Positions 48,356 through 58,741 of a stretch of 64,000 nucleotides of DNA are shown piece by piece. Within the stretch, counting starts at the first letter, position 1; the number at the start of each line of letters is the position of its first letter. The position numbers were made by a program, and so were the translations under genes. The stretch is from contig PNAZ01000154.1 of NCBI GenBank assembly GCA_003169655.1, positions 17,478-81,477 of the forward strand, written 5' to 3'. The notes beneath the pieces are model-generated. The model did no database searches and had not been told where the DNA came from. It saw only the letters and a list, made by a program, of their open reading frames with translations. Source of the stretch: Chloroflexota bacterium. GTDB lineage: Bacteria > Chloroflexota > Limnocylindria > Limnocylindrales > CSP1-4.

Positions 48356-49769
48356 ACCGCATGTATTCGCGAAGGCCCTCGACGCCAAAATCCATCGCGC
48401 CGAAGCCCGATGCCTTCCATGCGCTTCTCGAGAGGTCGACTGGGCTGGACCAGTAACTGTTTACCCAGCAGGTCCCTGCCTCGATGTCGTTCGTGGTCGT
48501 TGAGGCTCGATCGACGTCTAGCGTCCAGATCCCACATGCCATGCCGAATTCGGTGGCGTTCGCCAGAGCGATCGCATCTTGATCCGAGTCGAAGCGCGTT
48601 ACACTCAGGACAGGACCGAAAACCTCTGATTGGAATATTTCGTCATCGGGATCGACATCGACGACGATTGTTGGTCGATAGAAGAAACCCGATCCGTGTT
48701 CGAATGTTCCACCAGTCGCCACGGTCCGGCCAGTCGATCGAGCTCGTTCAACGAATTCATGGATCGACGCGCGGTGCGAAAGCGTGATCTGAGGTCCCAT
48801 GTCGCTGAGTGGATCGTCAGATCGCCCGACGCGCATCTTCGCAACTCGTTCGACGAGCTCGGCGATAAATCGGTCGGCGATAGACCTTGCAACAAGGAGT
48901 CGTGTCCCGGACGTGCAGATCTGGCCGGCATTACGCGTGAATCCGCGGATGACACCACTTTGTGCAAGGTCCCATGGGGCATCCTCGAAAACGACCTGGG
49001 CTGACTTCCCCCCTAGCTCCACGGCGACTGGACGTCTTATTCGAGCAGAGGACCGATAGATGGCGTCTCCCGCCTCGGCTCCGCCGGTGAATGAAACCTT
49101 CGCGATGCCGGGATGCGCTGCCAAATAGCGGCCCACCGTAGGGCCGGGTCCCGTGACCACATTAATAACCCCAGGAGGGATCCCAGCTGTCATGGCTAGT
49201 TCGGCTAGTCTGAGAGGCGTCAGTGGTCCGAGCGTGCTGGGCTTGATGACTGTCGAGTTTCCAGTCGCAACCGTAATTGCGATCCGTCGGGTAACCGCAG
49301 ACATGGGGGCATTCCAGGGCAGCAGAGATCCGATCACCCCGAGTGGCTGCCAGTCGACCCGGGTATGTCGATTGGACGCATCTGGCCAAAATTCCATCAT
49401 CAGGCGCGCAAAGCCGCGAACCTGAACTATCGAAGTCGTAATCTCACGATCGACCTCGGCGAGCAACTTACCGACATTCGCGGCCTCAAGGCGGATCAGG
49501 TCCTCACGATTGGCTTCGATGGTGTCGGCGTACGCCACGAGAAGCGCAGCCCGCTCCGATGCTGGCACCCGCCGCCACCTCGAATAGGCATCAGACGCTG
49601 CAGCAACGGCGTCGTCGACATCAAACTCAACGCCTCTCGGGACCCGAGCGATCGGCCTGTTCTCACTGGGATCAATTACCGCGATTGTGTGCCCCGCGCG
49701 CCCTAAGGAACCCCTACCAGCAATCAACATCGGGTGAACTGGTACCAGGGTCGTTTGTGGATGTTTCAT
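48333..49769 (-). CDS. NAD(P)-dependent aldehyde dehydrogenase
   Basis: The ALDH family pattern includes 'ELGGKS' and a catalytic Cys region. Confidence 0.8.
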   Translation of the reverse strand: MKHPQTTLVPVHPMLIAGRGSLGRAGHTIAVIDPSENRPIARVPRGVEFDVDDAVAAASDAYSRWRRVPASERAALLVAYADTIEANREDLIRLEAANVGKLLAEVDREITTSIVQVRGFARLMMEFWPDASNRHTRVDWQPLGVIGSLLPWNAPMSAVTRRIAITVATGNSTVIKPSTLGPLTPLRLAELAMTAGIPPGVINVVTGPGPTVGRYLAAHPGIAKVSFTGGAEAGDAIYRSSARIRRPVAVELGGKSAQVVFEDAPWDLAQSGVIRGFTRNAGQICTSGTRLLVARSIADRFIAELVERVAKMRVGRSDDPLSDMGPQITLSHRASIHEFVERARSTGRTVATGGTFEHGSGFFYRPTIVVDVDPDDEIFQSEVFGPVLSVTRFDSDQDAIALANATEFGMACGIWTLDVDRASTTTNDIEAGTCWVNSYWSSPVDLSRSAWKASGFGAMDFGVEGLREYMRFKQIVQM

Positions 49770-49776
49770 TCGTCGG

Positions 49777-50763
49777 TCACAGCCTGGAATCGCCTTCCTC
49801 GCGTTCGAGCGGTTTCATCGCCTCCCAGTCCACATTCCCGCCCGACAATAGGCAGAGGGCGTCGCCAGAGACGGCGCCGGAGACAATTGCGGCGAACGCG
49901 AGAGCCGCGGTAGGCTCGGCGACAACCTTGAGCCGAGTCCAGATGAGTCGCATGGCCTCCAGGATGTCCCCATCGGACACGACCACAACGTCATCGACGA
50001 ACCGGCGGACAATTGAAAAGGTCCGCTCTGAGGGTGCCAGCGCCCTGGCGCCGTCGGCAATCGTTTCGGGAACTCGTTCGAGCCGTACTATCTTGTCGGC
50101 CGCGATTGAGCGCCGCATATCGTCTCCGAGTCGAGGCTCCACGCCAATGAGGCGGATGTTTGGCGCCCGAGACTTCAGACCAATCGCGACACCGGAAATG
50201 AGTGCCCCCAATCCGACTGGCACGCAAACGACTTCGAGGCGCTCAGTTCCGGCGATTTCGAATCCGAGGGTGCCAAGGCCGGCGATTCCGTCGACAGCAT
50301 CTGCCGTATTCCGGCGATAGCCACGCTCGAGCGCGATCTCGTCGGCAACCGTCTCGCGATTCGAGCCATTGACGCCCTGTGAAACGACTTCGGCCCCATA
50401 GCCCACTGTCGCTGCGCGTTTCGAGGCATTGGAGTCTTCTGGCATGATCACCACACTTGGGATCCCGACGTACGAGGATGCGATCGCAAGCGCGGCTCCG
50501 TGGTTGCCGCTCGATGCGGTCACCGCTCCCGTTAATAGCCGCTGTTCCTGCTGCGCGAGGATCCAGTTGAAAGCACCTCGAACCTTGTGGGACCCGCCTC
50601 GCTGGAACATCTCGCACTTGAAACGCACCCTCGACCCTACCGCCTGATCAATCAGACGTGACTCGAGGACCGGCGTCCGATGGATCAGGCCGCGCAGGCG
50701 GATTTCCGCGGCCTCAATGTCCTCAGGCGTCGGATCGTCGCGTGTTGTTTCGCCAAGCTTCAT
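49777..50763 (-). CDS. Fold-type II PLP enzyme (threonine/serine dehydratase - serine racemase - threo-3-hydroxyaspartate dehydratase family)
   Basis: It has the PLP lysine in 'GSHKVRGA' and 'SSGNHG'. The ATG at 50763 is preferred, because a start at 50817 would leave 2 bp to the divergent gene. Confidence 0.7.
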   Translation of the reverse strand: MKLGETTRDDPTPEDIEAAEIRLRGLIHRTPVLESRLIDQAVGSRVRFKCEMFQRGGSHKVRGAFNWILAQQEQRLLTGAVTASSGNHGAALAIASSYVGIPSVVIMPEDSNASKRAATVGYGAEVVSQGVNGSNRETVADEIALERGYRRNTADAVDGIAGLGTLGFEIAGTERLEVVCVPVGLGALISGVAIGLKSRAPNIRLIGVEPRLGDDMRRSIAADKIVRLERVPETIADGARALAPSERTFSIVRRFVDDVVVVSDGDILEAMRLIWTRLKVVAEPTAALAFAAIVSGAVSGDALCLLSGGNVDWEAMKPLEREEGDSRL

Positions 50764-50819
50764 GGCCGGCAATTCGTGTCCTACTGTGCAAGATCCTGTA
50801 CCCCTAGTATACTGCACAA

Positions 50820-51923
50820 ATGGACCGGATCACTGAGAGGATCGTTTCGGACCGGATCCCATCGCCGAGTCTATATGTCGATCTCGATGCCGCGGATCGG
50901 AACATCCGCGCTACATCGGGGGCGCTCGCCGGGACGGGAATCAAGCTCCGTCCGCACTTCAAAGCACACAAATGTACGCAACTAATGCATCGGCAACTAG
51001 ACTTGGGCGGGCATTCGGGCGTAACGTGCGCTACGGCGCAGGAAGCCGTGGTTCTGGCGCGAGCAGGATTCGCGGACATCCTCGTCGCCAATGAGATCGT
51101 CGAGCGCCTGGATCTCGACCTCATCGCGGCGGCCGCGCGCCTCGCGGCGTTGACGGTGGTCGTCGACCACCCCATCCAAGTGGCTCGCATCAGCTCTACT
51201 GCCTCCAGCAGTGGCGTTCGGATCGGTGTCCTGATCGATGTCGACCCTGGCCTGGGGCGGACAGGCGTCGCATTCGACAGTCCGGAAGTCGTCGAACTTG
51301 CAAGGGCTATCGCAAGGTGCGACTCCCTGGTCTTTCGGGGCATCCAAGCCTATGAGGGCCACGTGGTCCTCCAGAGGGATCCCGAAGTACGGCGGGTCAT
51401 GTCTTGGCAGGTGGCGAGGCTGATCGAGGCCGCAATTAGCAACCTTCAGAGGGCGGGCTTCGACTGTGAGCTGATATCAGGCGGCGGAACCGGGACGATC
51501 CAACCGGCGATCTCGGCCGGTGTGCTGACCGAGATCCAGGCTGGGTCCTATGTGCTCATGGATACGACATATGCCGACATCGGACTAGAGCTCGAGCAAG
51601 CCGTTTTTGGGGTCGCCACGGTCATTAGTCGCCGCTCCGCCAGTTCCGCCGCGATCAACGCCGGCACGAAGTCGATGAATACCGACAAGGGGATGCCCCG
51701 GGTTCTGACAGCTGGCGCGAGATTGGTCGGAATGGGCGACGAACACGGTCGGCTGGCTCTCGATCGCACTGCCAACCTGGACGTAGGCGATCGGGTACTC
51801 CTGGTCCCGTCGCACCTCGACCCGACCGTAAACCTCCATGACGTTCTACTTGTCGAATCCCACGGCGACCTGGCCGTGTGGCGAATAGATGGGCGGCGGA
51901 TGTACATGGAGGAAGAAGTGTGA
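50820..51923 (+). CDS. Fold-type III PLP enzyme of the alanine-racemase-N-terminal-domain 'DSD1' family (D-serine deaminase / D-threo-3-hydroxyaspartate dehydratase / D-threonine aldolase-like)
   Basis: It has 'LRPHFKAHKC' (PLP lysine) and the family's C-terminal beta domain. Confidence 0.7.
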   Translation: MDRITERIVSDRIPSPSLYVDLDAADRNIRATSGALAGTGIKLRPHFKAHKCTQLMHRQLDLGGHSGVTCATAQEAVVLARAGFADILVANEIVERLDLDLIAAAARLAALTVVVDHPIQVARISSTASSSGVRIGVLIDVDPGLGRTGVAFDSPEVVELARAIARCDSLVFRGIQAYEGHVVLQRDPEVRRVMSWQVARLIEAAISNLQRAGFDCELISGGGTGTIQPAISAGVLTEIQAGSYVLMDTTYADIGLELEQAVFGVATVISRRSASSAAINAGTKSMNTDKGMPRVLTAGARLVGMGDEHGRLALDRTANLDVGDRVLLVPSHLDPTVNLHDVLLVESHGDLAVWRIDGRRMYMEEEV

Positions 51924-52810
51924 GCGTAGTCCGATACGTCATTGATGGTTCGCCCGAAATCGGCCCGCGATTCGGCTGGCTCGAGCGCGGAATGATCCAG
52001 CAGTTAGGCACCGAAGGGGTGAGTCTCCCCGATCTTCTTGCCCGGGTCGAGACGGTCGACGATCTCGCTCAGCAGGGGACAGGTGAAGTCATCGCAGAGG
52101 ATCGAGTCCATTTGATTTGCCCGATCCCTAGGCCCCGAAGAGTTCTCGCGGCCGCTGGCAACTACGTTCCGGAAGGCCGATTGTCGCTCGGCTCGACGGC
52201 GCAACCATGGCTCTTCGCAAAAATGGCAGATGAGCCGTTAGGCCCCGGGGATGTCATTCCATATCCCTCAATGGCAAGGGACATTGTCGAAGAAATCGAG
52301 CTTGCTCTCGTGATCGGTCGCGGAGGGCGGAACATCGAGCCCACAGAAGGCGCGCATCACATCGCCGGCTGGTCCATTTGTAACGATGTCTCGGCTCGAA
52401 GTCTTGTCCTCGATCCGGATCGGCGTCAGGGAAGGTTCGCTCCGTTTTTCGACTGGCTGAACGGGAAATGGTTCGATGGGTTTCTTGTGCTTGGGCCGTC
52501 AATTGTGGGGCCGGCATCTGTGGGAGACGCCAGCGGTTTGACGATTTCCACTCGGGTCAACGGCGACTTGCGCGTCCAAGGCTCATCGTCAGACATGACG
52601 TTCTCGCCCCAGGAGCTTGTTGCGTTTGCGTCGCGGATCATGGAACTTCGACCCGGCGACGTTATTGCGACGGGGATGCCGCACGGTTCGGCCCCTGAGA
52701 TCTTCTTGCGTCCGGGCGATGTCGTCGAGGGCGAGATATCTGGGATTGGACATCTAACCAACGAAGTTGGGCCGGTGGCATCGCAAGGCTTTGGAGCTGG
52801 CGTAGGGTGA
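51920..52810 (+). CDS. Fumarylacetoacetate hydrolase (FAH) family protein
   Basis: It has the FAH-domain pattern 'EIELALVIG'. The GTG at 51920 follows GGAGGAAG and overlaps the upstream TGA. Confidence 0.7.
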   Translation: MSVVRYVIDGSPEIGPRFGWLERGMIQQLGTEGVSLPDLLARVETVDDLAQQGTGEVIAEDRVHLICPIPRPRRVLAAAGNYVPEGRLSLGSTAQPWLFAKMADEPLGPGDVIPYPSMARDIVEEIELALVIGRGGRNIEPTEGAHHIAGWSICNDVSARSLVLDPDRRQGRFAPFFDWLNGKWFDGFLVLGPSIVGPASVGDASGLTISTRVNGDLRVQGSSSDMTFSPQELVAFASRIMELRPGDVIATGMPHGSAPEIFLRPGDVVEGEISGIGHLTNEVGPVASQGFGAGVG

Positions 52811-53014
52811 CCCAACTGAGCCGTGGGTCAAGCAACATTGGTCGGAACGGCCCGAAGAGCAAGGATTCTTCGAGGAACGAAACCTGATCCTGGAAGCCAT
52901 CGGAAGCGCGATTCCGTGTGTGGGTGCGCGACTCAATCGAGTTCCGTTGAAATCTTGACACAGAGGATAAGATATGCCCTGTGAGTCCAACTGTCGGACT
53001 CGAGAGGAGGCCGT

Positions 53015-54496
53015 ATGAGAAGGCTTGGGGCGGTCATTGCCGCCTTAGCGCTGGTAGCAGGGGCTTGTGGCTCTAGCGCCACACCTAACCCGGTACCCTC
53101 CGTGGAATCGACGGCGAGTGGGTCAGAGGTGCCTACCTCGCCGAGCGTATCGACCTCCGAGTCACCAAGCGGAAGCCCCACCGCACAGGGGAGCACTGCG
53201 CCAAGTACAGCCGCGCCATACGGCTATGCTGCCATCAGTCCATTTCCAACTCAGCCGGTTACCATCACCCTGTGGACACAGCCAGGCGAGGTCGCTCTTC
53301 CAGGATTCGAAACGCACAGCAAGAATCCGGGAGACTGGGATCGGTACCTAGCCGCTCAGTACACCGCGTTGCACCCGAACGTGCACTTTGTAGTTCAAGA
53401 CTTTGCAGGCGGGTCTGAATTCGTCGCCAAGATCGACGCGGCCTTGCAGGCTGGCCAGCCGCCGGACATCTTGAATTGGACGGACGGGCTCAATTCGGGC
53501 TTTGCTCACACTTCGGGCGTTCTCGAGGACCTGAGCAAGATCGCCCCGACAGCTTCGGCCGCCCTCCTACCAGCGTACAAGAAACTGTATACGGTCAACG
53601 GCAGCCTGTTCTTGATGCCGACATACGCAAGCATCTACAATTTCGTCAAAGTCAATAAAGCGATGTTCGACGCCGCCGGATTGACACTGCCTGCCGACGG
53701 GAATTGGACGTACGACGAGTTCAACGCCGATATGGCGAAGCTAGCCGTTCCGGGAAAGGTCTGGCCGGTCGCCATCCGGCTGACGGACTGGGTTACGACC
53801 TATGACTGGCAAGGATTCTTGTGGGGATATGGTTGCGAGCCTTGGAATTCAACTCTGACTGTATCAACGATTAATTCGCCCGCATGCCTTCAGGCGCTTC
53901 AGTGGCTGATCGATGCCAACAACAAGGGATGGATCGAGCCTGGTGCCGCAACGATCGATTACGGGCCCGAAGACACGTTGTTCAACACGTGCGCCGTCGC
54001 GATTTCATATGGCCGTGCCAACGCAGTCCAGCGACAGCAAGGTATGGCTGCCCAGACGACGTGCCCGATGGATGTTCAGATCGAGCAATGGCCCCATCTA
54101 GCATCTGCACCGCCTGTGGCCCCGAGTGTCTCTACAGACGGGTGGTCCGTCTTCACGCAAGCAGACCCGGTCAAGAAGCAAGTGATTGGCGACTTCATCG
54201 ACTTCGCCTTTCAACCTCAATATTCGATGCCCTACGCAATCCAGCAGTCCTCACCTTCTTTGTACACTAGCTGGCCGAATCCTCTTGTGAGCAACCCAGA
54301 TCTCCTCAAGGCAGACACGTGGATCGCCCAACAGGGCGTGTTCAACGACGGAGTCTTGGGGCCGAACTACCTTCAGATCAGGCAACAAACGGCCCCGATA
54401 TGGCAGTCCGCCTTCCTCGGACAGACGTCCCCGCAGGACGCTCTGAGTCAGATCGATACAAAGATCAACATCCTGCTAACCACCCCCTCACAGTAG
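53015..54496 (+). CDS. Carbohydrate ABC transporter substrate-binding lipoprotein (family 1)
   Basis: The signal peptide ends in the lipobox AGAC, followed by a Ser/Pro/Thr linker. Confidence 0.75.
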   Translation: MRRLGAVIAALALVAGACGSSATPNPVPSVESTASGSEVPTSPSVSTSESPSGSPTAQGSTAPSTAAPYGYAAISPFPTQPVTITLWTQPGEVALPGFETHSKNPGDWDRYLAAQYTALHPNVHFVVQDFAGGSEFVAKIDAALQAGQPPDILNWTDGLNSGFAHTSGVLEDLSKIAPTASAALLPAYKKLYTVNGSLFLMPTYASIYNFVKVNKAMFDAAGLTLPADGNWTYDEFNADMAKLAVPGKVWPVAIRLTDWVTTYDWQGFLWGYGCEPWNSTLTVSTINSPACLQALQWLIDANNKGWIEPGAATIDYGPEDTLFNTCAVAISYGRANAVQRQQGMAAQTTCPMDVQIEQWPHLASAPPVAPSVSTDGWSVFTQADPVKKQVIGDFIDFAFQPQYSMPYAIQQSSPSLYTSWPNPLVSNPDLLKADTWIAQQGVFNDGVLGPNYLQIRQQTAPIWQSAFLGQTSPQDALSQIDTKINILLTTPSQ

Positions 54497-54551
54497 TCTT
54501 AGGAGCCGCCACGATAGCCTTTAGGATCTAAAGATCAAAGGTCAAAGCTAA

Positions 54552-55457
54552 GTGCTCCGAACTGAACACAGTCGGGCGGTACAGTACGCCCACCGAATCT
54601 GGAGAGCTCGGTGGGCGTACATTTTCATGGCCCCCTTTCTTCTGCCGTTCGTCGTGTTTGTGTTGTGGCCGATCATCGCGGCGATCTTAAGCAGCTTCCA
54701 GCGTGTCGGCTACATCTCTCGGACGTGGGTCGGACTGGCGAACTACGCAGCTGTTCTGACCGACAATATCTCGCTGCAAGCGTTCTGGAACACGGGTGTG
54801 CTGGTTGTCTGGGTCGTCCCGCTGGAGACGATCTTGAGCCTCGCGATCGCGGTAGTTGTCGTGCGCCTTTCTCGTCGTTGGCAGAGTTATTTCCGCGTGG
54901 CTTTCTACGTGCCTGTGGTCGCCAGTTCGGTGATCCTCTCGTTAATCTGGCTTTGGCTGCTGAATCCCGTGTATGGGCTGTTCGACCAGTTTCTTGGGAT
55001 CTTCGGAGTAGCCCACGTCGATTGGCTCGGCCAGGTAAATACGGCGCTCTACGCGGTGATGTTTGTCCTTCTTTCGACCAGCCTCGGCATACCGATTATC
55101 GTGTTCATAGCGGGTCTCAATGCGGTACCGCGTGAGGTCCTCGAAGCGGCCAAGATCGATGGCGCAACCTGGCCGAACGAACTCAGGTATGTGTCACTAC
55201 CCTTGATGCGTCCCGTCATTGGGTTCATACTAGTCGTCACGACAATCGGCACGTCTCAAGTGTTCGCGGTCGTGGAACTACTCACCAAGGGCGGACCAGC
55301 ATCCTCCACTGAGACTGTCGTCTATCAAATATGGGAGCGAGCGTTCGCCCTTAATGATCTTGGTTTTGCCTCCGCCTTGTCAGTGTTGTTACTGCTGATT
55401 ACTCTCGTTGCCGCCGTTGTGCAGGTCCGTACGCTTGGGCGGGTGCGATATGACTAG
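54552..55457 (+). CDS. Carbohydrate ABC transporter permease (MalF-like)
   Basis: It has six TM segments and an EAA loop. Confidence 0.75.
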   Translation: MLRTEHSRAVQYAHRIWRARWAYIFMAPFLLPFVVFVLWPIIAAILSSFQRVGYISRTWVGLANYAAVLTDNISLQAFWNTGVLVVWVVPLETILSLAIAVVVVRLSRRWQSYFRVAFYVPVVASSVILSLIWLWLLNPVYGLFDQFLGIFGVAHVDWLGQVNTALYAVMFVLLSTSLGIPIIVFIAGLNAVPREVLEAAKIDGATWPNELRYVSLPLMRPVIGFILVVTTIGTSQVFAVVELLTKGGPASSTETVVYQIWERAFALNDLGFASALSVLLLLITLVAAVVQVRTLGRVRYD

Positions 55458-56304
55458 GTTTCGCAGCGGACGAGCAGCCGTCGCGATCCTGTCGTCAATT
55501 GTGTTCGTGCTGTCGATCCTGTACCTATTTCCGCTCTACTGGATGGTGGTGGGATCGTTTACGACGGTCGCGGGGACGCTCAAGGTACCGCCAGACTTCT
55601 TTCCAAATCCGGTCGTCCTCGGCAATTACGGCTCCCTCCTCAACGATTCCGGAATCGTAACCTGGTTCAAGAACAGCGTCGTGGTCGGATGTCTGAGTAC
55701 GATTCTCGCGGTCGGAACGTCAGCGTCCGCTGGTTATGCTCTAGGCATGATGCGCTTCCCTGGCTCGAACGTGATTTTCGGTGGTGTCCTACTGACGATG
55801 CTCGTTCCTTCAGCTGTTACGGTGATCCCCTTGTTTCTTGTCATGCATGCGTTGGGCTGGGTCGACTCGTATCAAGGGATTATCGCGCCGGGGATTGCCT
55901 ATGCATTCGGTGTCTTTCTTGTGCGCCAATTCACGCATACTCTGCCGACCGAGATCTTTGACTCAGCTCGTGTCGACGGGGCCGGCGAAGTTCGGTTGTT
56001 CTGGTCAATTGTTGTGCCACTTTTGCGGCCGGCTTTGGCTGCCGTCGGGATCTTTGCATTCTTTTCGTCCTGGAACGACTTTCTCTGGCAGCTCGTTGTG
56101 ATCAATAGCGACTCGCTCAAGACGTTGCCTGTGGGACTTGCCAGCCTCGTATTCTCGAGCGGCGCCACGAACAACACCTTGATACCCTTGGCTGAAGTCA
56201 TGGCGGGAGCCACGATCGCATTCGTGCCGATGCTGATAGCCTTCTTGCTACTACAGCGGCAATTTTTAGACGGCGTATCCGCCGGCGCCGTTAATGGGAT
56301 CTAG
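55450..56304 (+). CDS. Carbohydrate ABC transporter permease (MalG-like)
   Basis: Its ATG overlaps the upstream stop. The TM pattern fits. Confidence 0.75.
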   Translation: MTRFRSGRAAVAILSSIVFVLSILYLFPLYWMVVGSFTTVAGTLKVPPDFFPNPVVLGNYGSLLNDSGIVTWFKNSVVVGCLSTILAVGTSASAGYALGMMRFPGSNVIFGGVLLTMLVPSAVTVIPLFLVMHALGWVDSYQGIIAPGIAYAFGVFLVRQFTHTLPTEIFDSARVDGAGEVRLFWSIVVPLLRPALAAVGIFAFFSSWNDFLWQLVVINSDSLKTLPVGLASLVFSSGATNNTLIPLAEVMAGATIAFVPMLIAFLLLQRQFLDGVSAGAVNGI

Positions 56305-56418
56305 ACGGCTGCCCTTCCGCGGTGGAGTCCGGTTCGCGTTGTGCGGAGACGGGACACCGCTGCGGCACATCGCCAAGATGGCTGCCTCGAAGCCACCAGC
56401 GACGTCATCGGAGTCACG

Positions 56419-57228
56419 ATGAACCTACTACTTCGAGATAAGGTTGCCGTCGTTACAGGCGGCGCAAATGGCATCGGCAAAGCGACAGCAGGGCTATTTG
56501 CTGAGGAGGGCGCGCGAATAGCGATTGCCGACCGAGATTCTAGCGCACTTCGTGAAACGGTCAACAAGTTGCGGAAGGTGACGGATGATGCGATCGGAGT
56601 GGCGGTCGACGTTTCAAGCGAAATTGAGGTCAGCCAATTTGTAGCATCTACTATGGCGAAGTTTGGGCGGATCGACGTTCTCGTGAACTGCGTCGGGATA
56701 AGTCTCCAGGGTAGTGTTGTTGATACACCTTTGGCGCTTTGGAACCGAGTGCTTGCGGTAAACCTCACATCGGCGTTCTTGATGTGCCGGGCTGTAGTGC
56801 CGATAATGTCCGCGAACAGACGTGGATCGATCATCAACGTGGCGTCGATCCAGGCGTTGGTTGGGTTCGACGGCAACGCGGCCTACGCGACGTCCAAAGC
56901 CGGGTTGATTGGACTGACCCGCCAGGTGGCCGTCGAATACGCTGGTGCGGGTATCCGAGCGAATGTGTTAAGCCCTGGAGGAGTCGACGTCAGAGGCAAG
57001 GTTGAACGGATCAGTCGATTGGAGCCAGCATTCGCGGACGCACTTGGTCCGTCCGATCGCCCACGCGACGAATCTGCTCCGGCCAGATCGGCGCTGCGCA
57101 CAGCTGGCAGCCCATTCCAGATTGCAAGTTCGGCACTATTTCTCGCATCAGATCTATCCAGTTACGTCACGGGCCATAATCTCGTAGTCGACGGTGGATG
57201 GACGGCGTGGTTGGGGATACCCGGATAG
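56419..57228 (+). CDS. SDR family oxidoreductase
   Basis: It has 'VTGGANGIGKA' and 'YATSKAG'. GGAG lies 7 nt upstream. Confidence 0.8.
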   Translation: MNLLLRDKVAVVTGGANGIGKATAGLFAEEGARIAIADRDSSALRETVNKLRKVTDDAIGVAVDVSSEIEVSQFVASTMAKFGRIDVLVNCVGISLQGSVVDTPLALWNRVLAVNLTSAFLMCRAVVPIMSANRRGSIINVASIQALVGFDGNAAYATSKAGLIGLTRQVAVEYAGAGIRANVLSPGGVDVRGKVERISRLEPAFADALGPSDRPRDESAPARSALRTAGSPFQIASSALFLASDLSSYVTGHNLVVDGGWTAWLGIPG

Positions 57229-57280
57229 CCCGGTTGTCCCTGTGGAGCTCCGGCGTCTGTCACCATGGCGCAGTCGATCG

Positions 57281-57943
57281 TCATGAGTAAAGCGCTGCTG
57301 CGAGAGATCCCGCGACGTTGACTCCGAGTGCACGGTATCCCTGCTCTGTGAAATGAACATCCGAGGGCAGCTGAAGATCCAATGTTGACTGCCGAACGAA
57401 GGTCCAAAGGTCGTTGGTCGGTATGGTCGATCTCGCCATCACGCCAGCCGCGATGAGATTGTAGGAAACCTCATCCTGCAGAAAACGCTCTTGAGCCCCG
57501 ATCGGAACAGGCGTTGTCGACGCCCAGACTAGGCGAGAAGCTGAAATTCGAAGGCGCTCCACGAGACGACGAAGGTTCTCTGCATACTCTTGTCGAGGGA
57601 CCTGATGTGCGAGCTCTTGGTCTGATGTCCGGACACGCACAAGATCGTGGAGTCCCCAATTGAAGTGAATGATATCCCACGATTCATCGTCCAACCACCT
57701 GTCGATCTGTGCGAGTGAGCTGCGGGTAGTCCTGGCATTTTCTGGCACACGAGCAACGTTGGCGATTCCGGTCAACCGACGGCGGACCTCCGAGGTGTAG
57801 CCAATCGAAATTGAGTCACCGATCAGCAGAACGTTCGGAAGGTCTGGAAGGGGCCTCGTGAATGCGAAAGCTTCATCAGAACGCAGGTCGCCGGGAACCG
57901 AGGCCTCCCACTTGTTACGTTCCCTGTACAGCCCTGTCGCCAA
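57281..57943 (-). CDS. SGNH/GDSL hydrolase
   Basis: It has the 'IGDSISIG' block I. Confidence 0.7.
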   Translation of the reverse strand: MATGLYRERNKWEASVPGDLRSDEAFAFTRPLPDLPNVLLIGDSISIGYTSEVRRRLTGIANVARVPENARTTRSSLAQIDRWLDDESWDIIHFNWGLHDLVRVRTSDQELAHQVPRQEYAENLRRLVERLRISASRLVWASTTPVPIGAQERFLQDEVSYNLIAAGVMARSTIPTNDLWTFVRQSTLDLQLPSDVHFTEQGYRALGVNVAGSLAAALYS

Positions 57944-58000
57944 GAGTCCTCCACGACCTAAATTCGATGCATTTGCCGCGTCTTGCGGGTTCGGACCAGG

Positions 58001-58741
58001 TCAATACGTGGCCCGGCCGCCGGAGATATCGAACACAGCGCCCGTGGAGAAACTGCATTCGTCGGAGACTAGCCACGCAACGAGGGCTGCGACCTCGGCC
58101 GGGCGACCCATCCTAGCCATGGGAATTTTGGAAGTCATATATTCGATGTGTTGCTGGGTTAGTTGGGCAAGCATCGGCGTCTCGATCACGGCAGGGGCAA
58201 CGCAATTGACCAGGACCCCTCGCGTTGCGACCTCTTTCGCGATCGCTTTCGTCAGACCGATGACGCCTGCCTTGCTCGCTGAGTAAGGAACGGCATTGGG
58301 ATTTCCCTCCTTCCCCGCGATGGAGGCGATGTTCACGATCCGGCCCCATCCGCCCGAAACCATCAACGGAAGGACCGCCCGACACGTAAAGAATGTTCCG
58401 CTTAGATTGACTGCTAGAACTCGCTCCCATTCACCTTCGGGCAAGGCTTCAATCGGGGCCGACACGCCGGCGACGCCCGCGCTATTAACGAGCGCATCGA
58501 TCTGTCCGAGCTCCTGAACGATCGCCTCGACCAAGAGGCGCACGGATTGTTCGGCGGCTATGTCGACTTGATACGAACGGACCTCGTATCCCTTTTGGAC
58601 TTGTTCCTCAGCGAATATCGAGACTTCTTCGCCGGCAATGTCGGCGGCCGCCACGCGCCACCCATCTGATGCCAAGCGGCTCGAGATCGCACGTCCGATG
58701 CCGCTCGCTGCTCCCGTCACGAGGACGACCCTGCCGCTCAC
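58001..58741 (-). CDS. SDR family oxidoreductase (FabG-like)
   Basis: It has 'VTGAASGIGRA' and 'YSASKAG'. Confidence 0.85.
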   Translation of the reverse strand: MSGRVVLVTGAASGIGRAISSRLASDGWRVAAADIAGEEVSIFAEEQVQKGYEVRSYQVDIAAEQSVRLLVEAIVQELGQIDALVNSAGVAGVSAPIEALPEGEWERVLAVNLSGTFFTCRAVLPLMVSGGWGRIVNIASIAGKEGNPNAVPYSASKAGVIGLTKAIAKEVATRGVLVNCVAPAVIETPMLAQLTQQHIEYMTSKIPMARMGRPAEVAALVAWLVSDECSFSTGAVFDISGGRATY

